A DNA stretch of 64,000 nt from an uncultured virus (IMG/VR IMGVR_UViG_3300012973_000875) (IMGVR_UViG_3300012973_000875); one strand, 5' to 3'. Shown: positions 1-8,538, counted from the stretch's first letter. The notes: generated by a model not told the origin, from the sequence alone. Translations and numbers: made by a program.

Positions 1-222
1 GCCGAGGCCGACCGCCAGTTCTGGGCGGTAATACTCGCTCCGGCCCTGGGGCAGCCGCATCCAGCGGAGCCCCCCAGCGTGGAGCCGGAGGCCGTCAGCC
101 GGGCGGAGTCGGAGGGAATGCCCAGCCTGCCGTACGTCATGCCGCAGGTGCTGGTGCACCAGGAGTTCAGCACGCTCCTGCCCCGGCAGGAGCCGGACAG
201 CCCGCCGCCCCCAAGGCCGTGA
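1..222 (+). CDS. Partial hypothetical protein (5' end off window), nested in the +1 frame of the ORF ending at 1736
   Basis: Frame 1 reads AEADRQFWAVILAPALG...YVMPQVLVHQEFSTLLP...* (TGA 220-222), while frame 3 over the same bases is stop-free and low-complexity. Confidence 0.5.
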   Translation, partial: AEADRQFWAVILAPALGQPHPAEPPSVEPEAVSRAESEGMPSLPYVMPQVLVHQEFSTLLPRQEPDSPPPPRP

Positions 223-1736
223 AGACTCCGATGGGGACCCCCACCACGCCGGCCCAGTTGCAGGCCGATCTCGTCTCGCGGTTTCAAACGCTGTTGCAGG
301 CGGCCAGCCCTCGACCGGCCGCGCAGCAAGCCACCGCACTCGCCACTCAGTCAGGACCAAACCATGCTCAAGGCCAGCCCGGATCGCCGGGCGGTGCGCC
401 GCCGACAGGTCGCCCAGCAGCGCCTCGGCCGGGAGGCAGCCAAGTCAGTCCGGTTCGGGGAACTGTACCGCCGCTACAGCAACAGCAGCGACCACAACAA
501 CCGCAGCACGGGGGAGGCGCTCGCAGCGCTGGGGAATTTCACGCCGCAGGAACTGGAGGCCATGCACAACGCCGTTCTCATGGCGATGGACAACCCGCCG
601 ACCCCGTGAAGCGGAACAACCAGAGTGAGCCGATGCCCAAGGCGGCCAGCATCCTGGGGGGCGTCGCGAGGGTCATGCAGAGCCCGTTCCGCGAACGCCC
701 CAAACCGCGACCCAAGGGGATCGACCCACGACTCGTCCTGGGCGGGATCGCCCTGCCCGGCGCGGTTGGGGCCGGTGCCGGCCTCTACGGGGCCGCGACC
801 GCTGGTGAAGGTCGACGGCTCGAAGGGGGTGCCCGCGCCGGCAGCCGCGTCTACCACGGGGTCCGCAACTCGATGATCGGGGCTGGGGTCGGGGCCCTGG
901 CCGGACTCGCCGCCGGCAACGACGCCGGGAGCAAGTCGGTGGTCCCTGCCCTGATCGGAGCGGGAATTGGCGGCTTGGGTGGCGGCTACCTGGGCGACAA
1001 GGCGTGGCAACTCACCCACGGTATTCCCAGTTGGGAACGTGACCCGGCCCTGGACGAGGACCAAGATCCCGACCTGGAGAAGCAAAGCAACGCCCTGGGG
1101 GCCGTGGCCGGACTCTACGGAGCCGGTGCCCTGGGGTCAGGGGCCTACGGGGCCTACAACGCGCCGGAGGGCAAACGCCTGGAAGGCTTCGCACGCGGCA
1201 TGAGTCGCTACGGCAACGCCACGGCCGGCATGGCCGCTGGCGGCATGCTGGGAGCCGGGCTGGCCGGCCAGGCTGCCGGCACCGACAACGCCGCCATCCT
1301 CGGGGGTGTGGCGGGCGCTGCGGCCGGTGGTCTGGGCGGCGATAAGCTCTGGAAGGGGCTCTACGGTGCTCCGAGTTGGGAACGGCAGCAGCAAGCGACC
1401 CTGCCCCACCCCGACGACGAGGAGCCGGATCCCGCCATCCGCGACATGGAGATGAACAAGCTCAGCGGGTCGAAGGACCGCTACAACCGCAAGCACCGCA
1501 AGTCGCGGCTTCGCTACCGCACCAAGCGGGCGGAGTTCGCGGCCAACGCGGCCCGGCTGATCGCGTTCGTCAAGGCGGGCGGTCACCGGTCCTACGCCCA
1601 GCAAGCCCCCATCCCGTACAAGACGCAGGTTGGGCCCGAGGTCAGGACGAACAAGGGCAAGTATCAATTCACGGGTCGCACGGCCAAGCATGTCCACGAC
1701 GACCCGACGTACAACAAGTACACGAGAACCGGATGA
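3..1736 (+). CDS. Gly-zipper repeat protein with K-x-[A/S] motifs, probable virion-internal protein (5' end probably off window)
   Basis: Frame 3 is open from base 3 (the track starts it at 219). Two homologous Gly-rich hydrophobic modules (EG.RLEG.AR...GG.GDK.W....G.PSWER) are bounded by KAAS/KQS/KLS. Confidence 0.75.
   Translation, partial: RGRPPVLGGNTRSGPGAAASSGAPQRGAGGRQPGGVGGNAQPAVRHAAGAGAPGVQHAPAPAGAGQPAAPKAVKTPMGTPTTPAQLQADLVSRFQTLLQAASPRPAAQQATALATQSGPNHAQGQPGSPGGAPPTGRPAAPRPGGSQVSPVRGTVPPLQQQQRPQQPQHGGGARSAGEFHAAGTGGHAQRRSHGDGQPADPVKRNNQSEPMPKAASILGGVARVMQSPFRERPKPRPKGIDPRLVLGGIALPGAVGAGAGLYGAATAGEGRRLEGGARAGSRVYHGVRNSMIGAGVGALAGLAAGNDAGSKSVVPALIGAGIGGLGGGYLGDKAWQLTHGIPSWERDPALDEDQDPDLEKQSNALGAVAGLYGAGALGSGAYGAYNAPEGKRLEGFARGMSRYGNATAGMAAGGMLGAGLAGQAAGTDNAAILGGVAGAAAGGLGGDKLWKGLYGAPSWERQQQATLPHPDDEEPDPAIRDMEMNKLSGSKDRYNRKHRKSRLRYRTKRAEFAANAARLIAFVKAGGHRSYAQQAPIPYKTQVGPEVRTNKGKYQFTGRTAKHVHDDPTYNKYTRTG
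364..609 (+). CDS. Nested +1-frame small protein with MLKASPDRR N-terminal tag
   Basis: 81 aa protein-like sequence; N-terminus matches ORFs at 30512-32354 and 37006; host frame here is low-complexity. Confidence 0.65.
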   Translation: MLKASPDRRAVRRRQVAQQRLGREAAKSVRFGELYRRYSNSSDHNNRSTGEALAALGNFTPQELEAMHNAVLMAMDNPPTP

Positions 1737-1930
1737 TTCAGGACGAGATCCGGGCAGGCCGCGTCGTCGACGCGGTCCTGTCCGTGCTGATGGACACCTC
1801 GGTCGGCAATGAACTCACCACGATCGACCACGCCACGATGGGCGAACTCCGCCAACAATTGGTCGAGCGGGTCGTAAGGGTCATCGACCTGCCTGTGATT
1901 GTCCCTGGTGAGCCTACGACGGATCGCTAA
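1733..1930 (+). CDS. Small hypothetical protein
   Basis: ATGA overlap with the upstream stop; MIQDEIRAGRVV... (C-terminal part of track ORF 1376..1930). Confidence 0.6.
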   Translation: MIQDEIRAGRVVDAVLSVLMDTSVGNELTTIDHATMGELRQQLVERVVRVIDLPVIVPGEPTTDR

Positions 1931-1940
1931 AAAAAGGCCC
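1922..1940 (-). promoter_or_regulatory. Inverted copy of the GGGCC-T7-AGCnATC motif (left boundary of accessory block)
   Basis: gatcgctaaaaaaaggccc; reverse complement of 1922-1935 matches 12951-12964 at 13/14. Confidence 0.5.
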
Positions 1941-2061
1941 TCGGATCGGGCATAAACCAATGGACGACCGCTCTAGGTCCCCACCGGTTTGCCTGACCGA
2001 GGGCTGCTTCGTGCGCTGGTTGCGACACCGTTTTTCCTCCCGTTCCCCAGGAGTCCCTGCC

Positions 2062-2817
2062 ATGCCGTCCACTCAGTTGGCGCTCGTCGCCGAACCGACC
2101 CCGCAAGACGATGCCGCCCTGCTCCAGAGCCTGGCCGACTTGCTCCAGATCGAGGCCACGATCGACGCCAAGGTCGACCTCACGATTGCCGACGATTACG
2201 ACGACGATCTCTCGGCCGAGGATGTCCGCAACGAGACGGCGGCCCTGCTGGCCGCCGAGGCGGAGGCCGCCTACGAGGCGGACCTCCGCGACGCCCAGCG
2301 CGACCAGACCGCGACCCCGTTCTGGGCCGCCCCAGCGCCCCCCGCCGCGCCGGCCCCGGATCGCTACGAGGCGGTCGCGGCCACGGAGGAGGACCTCGAC
2401 GCCTTCGCCAACGATACCGCTGGGGACGACGTGGCGCTCGTCTACGACAACGAAATGGGCACCGCCGCCATCGTCGTGACCGGCGAACGGGTCGACGAGG
2501 TGGTCGCGGCGCTGCAACTGGCCGAGTGCACGCTCTACACCTGGCACGACGTACCCCACGTGGGCACGATCTCGACGCTCGCCACCTCGCTCCTTGCGGC
2601 GCGCATGTTCGTGGTCGAGTCGGCCGGGGATTTCGTCGACAGCGACGTGCTCGATAGCGACGTGCTCGATGCGATGGACCGGGAGATCCGCGCCCACATC
2701 GCGCAGACCGTGCCGCAGATCGCGGTGGATCGGCTTGAGCCCGGGTCGGTGTTCTGCCTGGGCAGCCAGCCGGCGCCGCCGGCACCCGCGCCCGAGGAAG
2801 TTCGGATTCGCGTTTGA
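2062..2817 (+). CDS. Acidic hypothetical protein
   Basis: AGGAG RBS before ATG 2062; strong GC3 bias. Confidence 0.75.
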   Translation: MPSTQLALVAEPTPQDDAALLQSLADLLQIEATIDAKVDLTIADDYDDDLSAEDVRNETAALLAAEAEAAYEADLRDAQRDQTATPFWAAPAPPAAPAPDRYEAVAATEEDLDAFANDTAGDDVALVYDNEMGTAAIVVTGERVDEVVAALQLAECTLYTWHDVPHVGTISTLATSLLAARMFVVESAGDFVDSDVLDSDVLDAMDREIRAHIAQTVPQIAVDRLEPGSVFCLGSQPAPPAPAPEEVRIRV

Positions 2818-2845
2818 CCCGACCCCTTACAGGAAGGACCGACCG

Positions 2846-3034
2846 ATGATCGCACGGACGCTGATCGCTGCTGTCTTGCTCGCGGCCTCCGGGTGTGCCA
2901 CAACGCAGGCACCCCGGTGGGAAGTCACGGTCTCGATCCAGGTCGAGAGCCAGCTTGACGAGCACACCAAGGCCAAGGGGGGCGTGGAGTTGAAGCGGCC
3001 GCTGGCCGCGCCGTCCCCCAAGCCGAAGAGTTAA
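2846..3034 (+). CDS. Small putative lipoprotein
   Basis: AGGA RBS; MIARTLIAAVLLAASG-C lipobox-type signal. Confidence 0.65.
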   Translation: MIARTLIAAVLLAASGCATTQAPRWEVTVSIQVESQLDEHTKAKGGVELKRPLAAPSPKPKS

Positions 3035-3058
3035 TCGCGGGACTGCGGAGGAGTTCGG

Positions 3059-3664
3059 ATGGGCCAGGACACGATGGACGCGATGGATGCCGTGTCGCGC
3101 GTCGCCGAGACGATGACCACCCGACCGGAAGACTACGAGCGGGCCGTGCACCGGGTCACGGCCTGGCGGCGGCTGGGCCTGGAACAGCGGATCGACGCGG
3201 CTGCCGACTGCGCGGCGATGCACCCGGGCGCGGCCCGGTTGGCGATCGCGGCGTGCAAGCTCCTGGACATCGCGCTGTGCCGGCATCCGCAGGGGGCGGA
3301 GCGGTGCGAGCGGTGTCTGGCCATGCGGCACACGGACGAGGACCCCGCGTCGCGGATGCGGGCCCTGGAGCGTGTCCAGCACACGTTCCAGTACCACCCG
3401 CCGTACGGCACGCAGGTGCAGCGGTACACCGACATCCGGCTCATGGCCCGGCAGTTCGCCACGCTCCTCATCGAGCGGGTGCCGCCGGGCCTGGAGCGAA
3501 CCCAGGCGCTTGCCGATCTGCGCACGGCCGTCATGTGGGCCAACGCCGGCATCGCCTGCAACGAACGTCAACCCCGGGAGATCGGCACCGATGGTGGCAC
3601 GATGCAAGAAACCACCGCGTCGGCGACGCCGGACCAGGCCGATTCCGCCGCTGACCCGGATTGA
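3059..3664 (+). CDS. Protein with C-terminal Acb2/Tad1-like helical hairpin domain (putative anti-defence nucleotide sponge)
   Basis: FQYHPP...RYTDIRLMARQFATLLIERVPPGLERTQALADLRTAVMWANAGIA resembles the FxYH...ERxxAxxxLxxAVMWANxxIA family pattern, recalled from memory. Confidence 0.6.
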   Translation: MGQDTMDAMDAVSRVAETMTTRPEDYERAVHRVTAWRRLGLEQRIDAAADCAAMHPGAARLAIAACKLLDIALCRHPQGAERCERCLAMRHTDEDPASRMRALERVQHTFQYHPPYGTQVQRYTDIRLMARQFATLLIERVPPGLERTQALADLRTAVMWANAGIACNERQPREIGTDGGTMQETTASATPDQADSAADPD

Positions 3665-3902
3665 GCGGATCCGCCAGGTCCTCGAACTGCTCTGCGGCGA
3701 GCGGCCGCCCTACCGCATGGTCCGCCGCTGGATCCGCGCGAAGCCGCCCGATGAGGGCGACCTGGTGTTCCAGGAGTGGATCGCGAACCACTCCCGCCTG
3801 CCCTGGGCCTATAGCATCACCCAGATCGAGGCGGCGATCGCGATCGCCGACGAGATCGATAACCACGCTCCCACCGATTACGCAGGGTACAAACTCGAAT
3901 GA
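3591..3902 (+). CDS. Hypothetical protein with basic N-terminus
   Basis: GGAG upstream; ATGA-coupled to the next gene. Confidence 0.55.
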   Translation: MVARCKKPPRRRRRTRPIPPLTRIERIRQVLELLCGERPPYRMVRRWIRAKPPDEGDLVFQEWIANHSRLPWAYSITQIEAAIAIADEIDNHAPTDYAGYKLE

Positions 3903-4303
3903 CCGCGACACAGCTTCTCGTCTGGGGTGGCCTGCGCCACCTGATCGCCGACTGGTGGTTCCAGAACGACTGGCAGGCGTCGAACAAGGGCTACCCGTGG
4001 TCGCCCACCACGCCGCTGGAGACCCCCTGGTACACCCAGCGGCGGGGCCTGCGGCACCCAGCCACCTACGTCCACATGGCGATCCACACGCTGGCCCTGT
4101 GGCTTATCTTCCCCTGGTACGCCGCGCTGGCGATCGGAGCAATCCACTCGCTGATCGACCTGCGGGTCGCTCTGGTCTGGTATCGCGCGGTCTTCGGCAT
4201 GGACCAAGGCCCTGTCGTGGTCCACGTGGCCATCTGGCAGGACCAGGTCCTGCACCTGATTGTGATCGCGGCGTTCGCTCTGGCCCTGGGCCAGGGCTTC
4301 TAA
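3899..4303 (+). CDS. DUF3307-like membrane protein
   Basis: HLIADWWFQ, HxxIH, HxxID and DQxLH motifs with hydrophobic helices. Confidence 0.75.
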   Translation: MTATQLLVWGGLRHLIADWWFQNDWQASNKGYPWSPTTPLETPWYTQRRGLRHPATYVHMAIHTLALWLIFPWYAALAIGAIHSLIDLRVALVWYRAVFGMDQGPVVVHVAIWQDQVLHLIVIAAFALALGQGF

Positions 4304-4319
4304 CTTGACCGGAGGCACG

Positions 4320-4667
4320 ATGGGTGTCGACTTTTCTCACGGAGACGCGCGCTGGAGCTATAGCGGGTTCCAGGCATTTCGCCGCCGGCTCGCCGCCGAG
4401 ATCGGGATCGAGTCGCTGACGGCCATGGAGGGCTATGACGGTGACGAACCCTGGACGCCGTACGAGTCGGACGTGATCGTTAAACTGCTCAATCACTCCG
4501 ACTGCGACGGCGACCTGCCGCCCGAGCACCTGCCAGCGATCGCCGCCCGACTTCGTGAACTTGTGTCGGCCTGGCCGGACGACCAATACGACAAGCAGCA
4601 GGCGATCTATCTTGCAGAAGGTATGGAGATGGCCGCCACGGACGACGAGCCGCTGACATTCCTGTAA
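4320..4667 (+). CDS. Conserved-looking phage hypothetical protein
   Basis: GGAGG RBS; WSYSGF..FR..LA and LLNHSDCDG motifs. Confidence 0.75.
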   Translation: MGVDFSHGDARWSYSGFQAFRRRLAAEIGIESLTAMEGYDGDEPWTPYESDVIVKLLNHSDCDGDLPPEHLPAIAARLRELVSAWPDDQYDKQQAIYLAEGMEMAATDDEPLTFL

Positions 4668-4671
4668 CGCC

Positions 4672-4700
4672 TTGACGATCCGGCCCGTGCTGCCTATCCT
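4672..4700 (+). promoter_or_regulatory. Sigma70-type promoter upstream of tRNA-His
   Basis: TTGACG (4672-4677), 17 bp spacer, TATCCT (4695-4700). Confidence 0.65.
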
Positions 4701-4706
4701 GCAACC

Positions 4707-4781
4707 GGTGGCTGAAGCCGGTAGGCATTAGGCGCTCGGTCGTGGGCCGAGATCTCGCGGGATCGAAACCCGTCAGTCACC
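4707..4781 (+). tRNA. tRNA-His (GUG), non-canonical, no encoded CCA
   Basis: G-1:C73 pair; acceptor GTGGCTG/CAGTCAC; anticodon arm CTCGG-TCGTGGG-CCGAG (GTG at 4742-4744); T arm GCGGG-ATCGAAA-CCCGT; A8, C33 and A54 deviate from consensus. Confidence 0.75.
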
Positions 4782-4786
4782 CTGCT

Positions 4787-4902
4787 GGCCCGAGGACGCG
4801 TGAGCGTCTCCCGTCGTCGCGACCCGGCCGACGGGCGGGCCTCCAGCGCAACGGTCGATGCGAGCCCCGCATGGTCAGATCGTCCAGGTCTGACACGACC
4901 GT
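4787..4902 (+). ncRNA. Putative structured RNA (two tandem three-way junctions)
   Basis: Six perfect 5-7 bp helices in a nested arrangement, one capped by a GTGA (GNRA) loop. Confidence 0.4.
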
Positions 4903-4907
4903 CTCTT

Positions 4908-4950
4908 GGAGCCGGCGGTGCGCCACAATCACCGCCGGCTCCGTTGTTTT
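4908..4950 (+). terminator. Putative intrinsic terminator
   Basis: 13 bp perfect stem ggagccggcggtg/caccgccggctcc followed by gttgtttt. Confidence 0.6.
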
Positions 4951-4975
4951 GAATGCTTCTGACCTGGAGTTTGCG

Positions 4976-5296
4976 ATGACCCTGACCAAGCGCTTCCTGT
5001 TCCTGGCCCTGTTCGTCCTGGGGCTGACCTGCCTGTACACCGCGACCGCTCAGGCCGGCTGCGGCAAGCGGGCACGCGGGTTCGCCGCCTCGGCGTCCTG
5101 CTACTCCTCGGGCGTCTCGTCCTGCTACTCGTCCGGGTTCTCCGCCTGCTACTCCTCGGTCGCGGTGGCCCCGGTCGTGACCGTCACCAAGGTCAAGGTC
5201 AAACAGCGGCGCGTGCGTGGCAATTTCGCGGCTCCCTGTGCCACGCCCTTTGCCCTGCCCGTCCCGATCGCCGTGGGTCCGGCCGGCTGTTACTGA
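4976..5296 (+). CDS. Small secreted Cys/Ser-rich protein with three xCYSS repeats
   Basis: GGAG RBS; signal peptide ending AQA; SCYSSGVS-SCYSSGFS-ACYSS. Confidence 0.7.
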   Translation: MTLTKRFLFLALFVLGLTCLYTATAQAGCGKRARGFAASASCYSSGVSSCYSSGFSACYSSVAVAPVVTVTKVKVKQRRVRGNFAAPCATPFALPVPIAVGPAGCY

Positions 5297-5380
5297 GTCC
5301 ACGCGTCCCCGTCCCCGTGAACTTACCAGACACCCCGGGTTGCCCCCGGGGTGTCTTCGCATTGGTACGGAGGAGTTTCC

Positions 5381-5911
5381 ATGGCCACGCTCGTGATCAA
5401 GCCCGACCAGGAAGCCTGGATCGTCACGGGGACGACCTCCTCGGTCGATGGCCTGGACGCCATCATGCTCTTCCCGCTGACCCAGAAGGCGGCGAGAGCC
5501 CTGCTCGGCCGGCTCCAGGTCGTGCGGGACGATCCCGATCTTCAGCACGAGGCTCGCCTGAGCCCGGCGTTCTTCACGTTCGCCCGCAGCGGCGAGACGA
5601 ACGACGACGTGATGGTCTTCAATCTTCCCGAGGAGGTCGAGGACTGGTGCGACGACGCTCGCCACGAGACCGGCCGCAGCGTCGAGCCGATCACCTGGCT
5701 GGTCCCCGCCGGCCAGCTTGTCCCCGACGTGACCCTGGCCAACCTGTCGCTCGACCTGGAAGCCGTGCAGATCTGGGACGGCATGATCAGCCTGCGCGGT
5801 GACATCGGCGACAGTGGCGAGGACTGGATCGAATCCTGCCCCATCGACGTCTCGGTGATTCAGCAGATCGCCGACGGTCGGTTTGACAATACCCCCATCC
5901 CCACGTCGTGA
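5381..5911 (+). CDS. Hypothetical protein
   Basis: GGAGGAG RBS; coding-like composition. Confidence 0.75.
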   Translation: MATLVIKPDQEAWIVTGTTSSVDGLDAIMLFPLTQKAARALLGRLQVVRDDPDLQHEARLSPAFFTFARSGETNDDVMVFNLPEEVEDWCDDARHETGRSVEPITWLVPAGQLVPDVTLANLSLDLEAVQIWDGMISLRGDIGDSGEDWIESCPIDVSVIQQIADGRFDNTPIPTS

Positions 5912-5921
5912 AGGACGACCG

Positions 5922-6326
5922 ATGAACCACTCGCTCTCGATGGATCTGCCCTGTGCCCACGTGCCCGCCGTGCGGGACCTCGCCGAGCAATTCAATGACA
6001 CGTACCGTGCCCTGGGGATCTCGGTGCACGACTACGAGGATCACGATCGTGCCCACCTGGTCAACGTCCGCTTGAGCGGCACGATCGGCTTCGCCGACCG
6101 GACCGATCTCGACAACTGCATCGACTTCCTGGCCCAGTTCGGGATGTTTCTGGCCAGTGCCGAGGCTGTCACCTTGGGCGACGGCCGCAACACCTGGTCG
6201 TACTGGATTGGTCCGGGTGCGGCGGAGTTGAACAGTCTGGCGGATCTGATCGACGACCTCGGGAACATGTCGCACGACAGCCTGCGACAGCTTCGCACCC
6301 GGATCGACGCGATCCTCAACGCCTGA
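5922..6326 (+). CDS. Hypothetical protein
   Basis: AAGGA RBS; tight packing. Confidence 0.7.
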   Translation: MNHSLSMDLPCAHVPAVRDLAEQFNDTYRALGISVHDYEDHDRAHLVNVRLSGTIGFADRTDLDNCIDFLAQFGMFLASAEAVTLGDGRNTWSYWIGPGAAELNSLADLIDDLGNMSHDSLRQLRTRIDAILNA

Positions 6327-6380
6327 GCGGCACGCTACAATGACGCCGATCGCGGGACACACCGGCTTTCGGAGGTCGCA

Positions 6381-6842
6381 ATGACGGAAACGCACACAGG
6401 CCACGGCGGCGCACTGCACCTGGCGCTCGATGACGGCACGACGCTCGACCTGGCGGTGGCCGGGTGGCGGGTCGATCGCGAGCCGATGACTCCGCCCTCG
6501 ACATTCGTGGGGGACAGTGACGAGGCCCTGATCCAGCAGCACGAGGAACAGGTGCTGGGGAAGGCCAGCGGCGCCCTCCCGGCCGAGCCGTTCTATTCCT
6601 CGAACTTCTCGTTCTGGGCCGTGCCGATGGAGGGCTACGACGGCGACGTCGAGGACCTGCTCGCCCGGGCGATCCCGCTCCTCTTTGACACGGAACTGGA
6701 CCGCGTCAAGCTCGTCTGCGACGACGAGGACAGGGTCCACGAGGGACTCTTCGGCTCGGTTGGGGCCGTGCGTGACGACGCCGAGGACGGCACGCCTCGG
6801 CTCCTGGTGCGGGGCGTCGTCGTGGGCGACTGGTTGAGATAA
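6381..6842 (+). CDS. Acidic hypothetical protein
   Basis: GGAGGT RBS; TACAAT -10-like box about 45 nt upstream. Confidence 0.75.
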   Translation: MTETHTGHGGALHLALDDGTTLDLAVAGWRVDREPMTPPSTFVGDSDEALIQQHEEQVLGKASGALPAEPFYSSNFSFWAVPMEGYDGDVEDLLARAIPLLFDTELDRVKLVCDDEDRVHEGLFGSVGAVRDDAEDGTPRLLVRGVVVGDWLR

Positions 6843-6920
6843 TTTGCAGGCGGCGAAGCCGCATGCCATGGAGGGCGATCGGACGGTCCGATCGCCCTCA
6901 TTCCTTGCGCGGAGCACACG

Positions 6921-7571
6921 ATGGAACCGCAGCAGATGCTGATCATTGGGATGATCTGGGTTTTGAACCTGGCCATCTCGTTCTGGAATGCCCGTGTCGT
7001 CGGCCTGGCCTGGATCGAGGTCAACGCGGTCGGCGGGTTCCGGTTGTTCATGGCCTGGATGGGCGGGGTCATGGCGGCCGTTGGTTTCAGTTGGAGCGTC
7101 CTGATCTTCGCGGCGATCGGGGCCCGTCAGTTGGAGTATCTCAGTCCCGAGGCGACCAAGGTCAGCCTTGAACTGGGCTACGTGATCCTGATCCCGTTCG
7201 TGCTCTTCAGCGGCTACGCGATCACGCTCGACTCGTGGGCGGCGGCCTTCCGGCAAGGGGGTTGGCGGAACTACGGGGTCTCGGTGTACAACACGGCCGC
7301 CACGCTGCACAACACCTACGAGGCGTACCAGAGCTTTGGGCCGGCGCTGAGCAGTGTCGTGGACTACTTCACCGCTGACGGGTCGTCGGGGTCCGGCTCG
7401 TCGCGACGGAAGTCCGACCGAGACGAGAAGGCGACCGTGATCCTCCTGGTGCTCCTGTCGTGCCTGGCCGGTGTGATCATCACGGTGGCGCTCATCCGGA
7501 GCTATGCCGGCTCGGCCGCCCTGGCCAAGCCCTCCCGCGACGAGTGGGATCGCGAAGGCTTCGCGCGATAA
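6921..7571 (+). CDS. Multi-pass membrane protein
   Basis: About four hydrophobic helices; GGAG RBS. Confidence 0.8.
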   Translation: MEPQQMLIIGMIWVLNLAISFWNARVVGLAWIEVNAVGGFRLFMAWMGGVMAAVGFSWSVLIFAAIGARQLEYLSPEATKVSLELGYVILIPFVLFSGYAITLDSWAAAFRQGGWRNYGVSVYNTAATLHNTYEAYQSFGPALSSVVDYFTADGSSGSGSSRRKSDRDEKATVILLVLLSCLAGVIITVALIRSYAGSAALAKPSRDEWDREGFAR

Positions 7572-7581
7572 GGACTCCACC

Positions 7582-7965
7582 ATGCCGCGCTACGACCGTA
7601 AGACGATGTGCAACGAGTGTCCGTTCCGGGTCGCGGCCCCGCCGGGCTGGCTTGGCCCCTGGCAACCCAAAGACCTGGTCGCGATGATCCGCGCGGACCA
7701 GGGGTTCATCTGCCATCAGGACGTCGCCGCCAAGGAGGCCCAGGACCTGGACCGGGTCACGATCCAGGCGACAGGCCAGCACTGCGTCGGCATGTTGCGT
7801 TCGATGAATGCCGACTGCAAACGCAGCCGCGACCGCGACAAGGCCGCCGCCCAATCCGCCCTGCGGCAAATCGAGGACCAACCGGTCCTCGACCCTCGGG
7901 CGTTTCTTGCACACCACACCCGCAAAGGACCAAACCGTGAGCACCGGGACGATCAAGATCTATGA
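7582..7965 (+). CDS. Cys/His metal-binding protein (DUF6283-like)
   Basis: CNECPFR...FICH...HCVG pattern; AAGGA RBS. Confidence 0.65.
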   Translation: MPRYDRKTMCNECPFRVAAPPGWLGPWQPKDLVAMIRADQGFICHQDVAAKEAQDLDRVTIQATGQHCVGMLRSMNADCKRSRDRDKAAAQSALRQIEDQPVLDPRAFLAHHTRKGPNREHRDDQDL

Positions 7966-8521
7966 CAGGCACGAGCAACCGCCAAGCCAGGCGTTCACAC
8001 TGATCGACGTGAACTTCCTCGCTGAGCTAGCCGGCGGTGAGCTTGTATGCGATGCCCGCTACGACGACCTGACGCTGCGGCGCGGCGACACGCGCCATGT
8101 GGAACTGTCGATCCGCGAGCACGCGCAGCGACCGCTACACCAGATTGCCGGGCCGTGCCGGGTTCAGTCGATCGGACCCGGTGGTGACTATCCCCGACTC
8201 AATGTGCTGCCGCTCTCTGAGGACGGCTGCCGGGTGGAGTCGCGACCTGCCAAACTGGCCAAGCCGCTGTCGAACTTCCAGCGCAACTACCCCGCGCTCT
8301 ACGCCAAGTATCTGACCCTGCTTGCGTACGTCGAAGGCATGGTCGTTAAGTGTCCCACGACCGATATGGACGGTAAGCCGCTCGCTGCCGACGCAACCGT
8401 CGGGTGCGGCAGCACCAACGTCGTCTACGACGGCGAGGTCTACGACTGCCTCGATTGCGGGATCTTCTTCTCTGACTACGCGGCGGATCCGCCGCACCAG
8501 CGGCCGGAGTCCGACGACTAA
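7937..8521 (+). CDS. Hypothetical protein with C-terminal Zn ribbon
   Basis: AAAGGA + GTG start; KCP...GCGS...YDCLDCG. Confidence 0.65.
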   Translation: MSTGTIKIYDRHEQPPSQAFTLIDVNFLAELAGGELVCDARYDDLTLRRGDTRHVELSIREHAQRPLHQIAGPCRVQSIGPGGDYPRLNVLPLSEDGCRVESRPAKLAKPLSNFQRNYPALYAKYLTLLAYVEGMVVKCPTTDMDGKPLAADATVGCGSTNVVYDGEVYDCLDCGIFFSDYAADPPHQRPESDD

Positions 8522-8538
8522 CCCAAGGCGGAGGACAC

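Noticed and set aside
4742..4975. 5' extension of ORF 4742..5296
   Set aside because: Overlaps the tRNA and structured RNA; a GGAG RBS and signal peptide support the start at 4976
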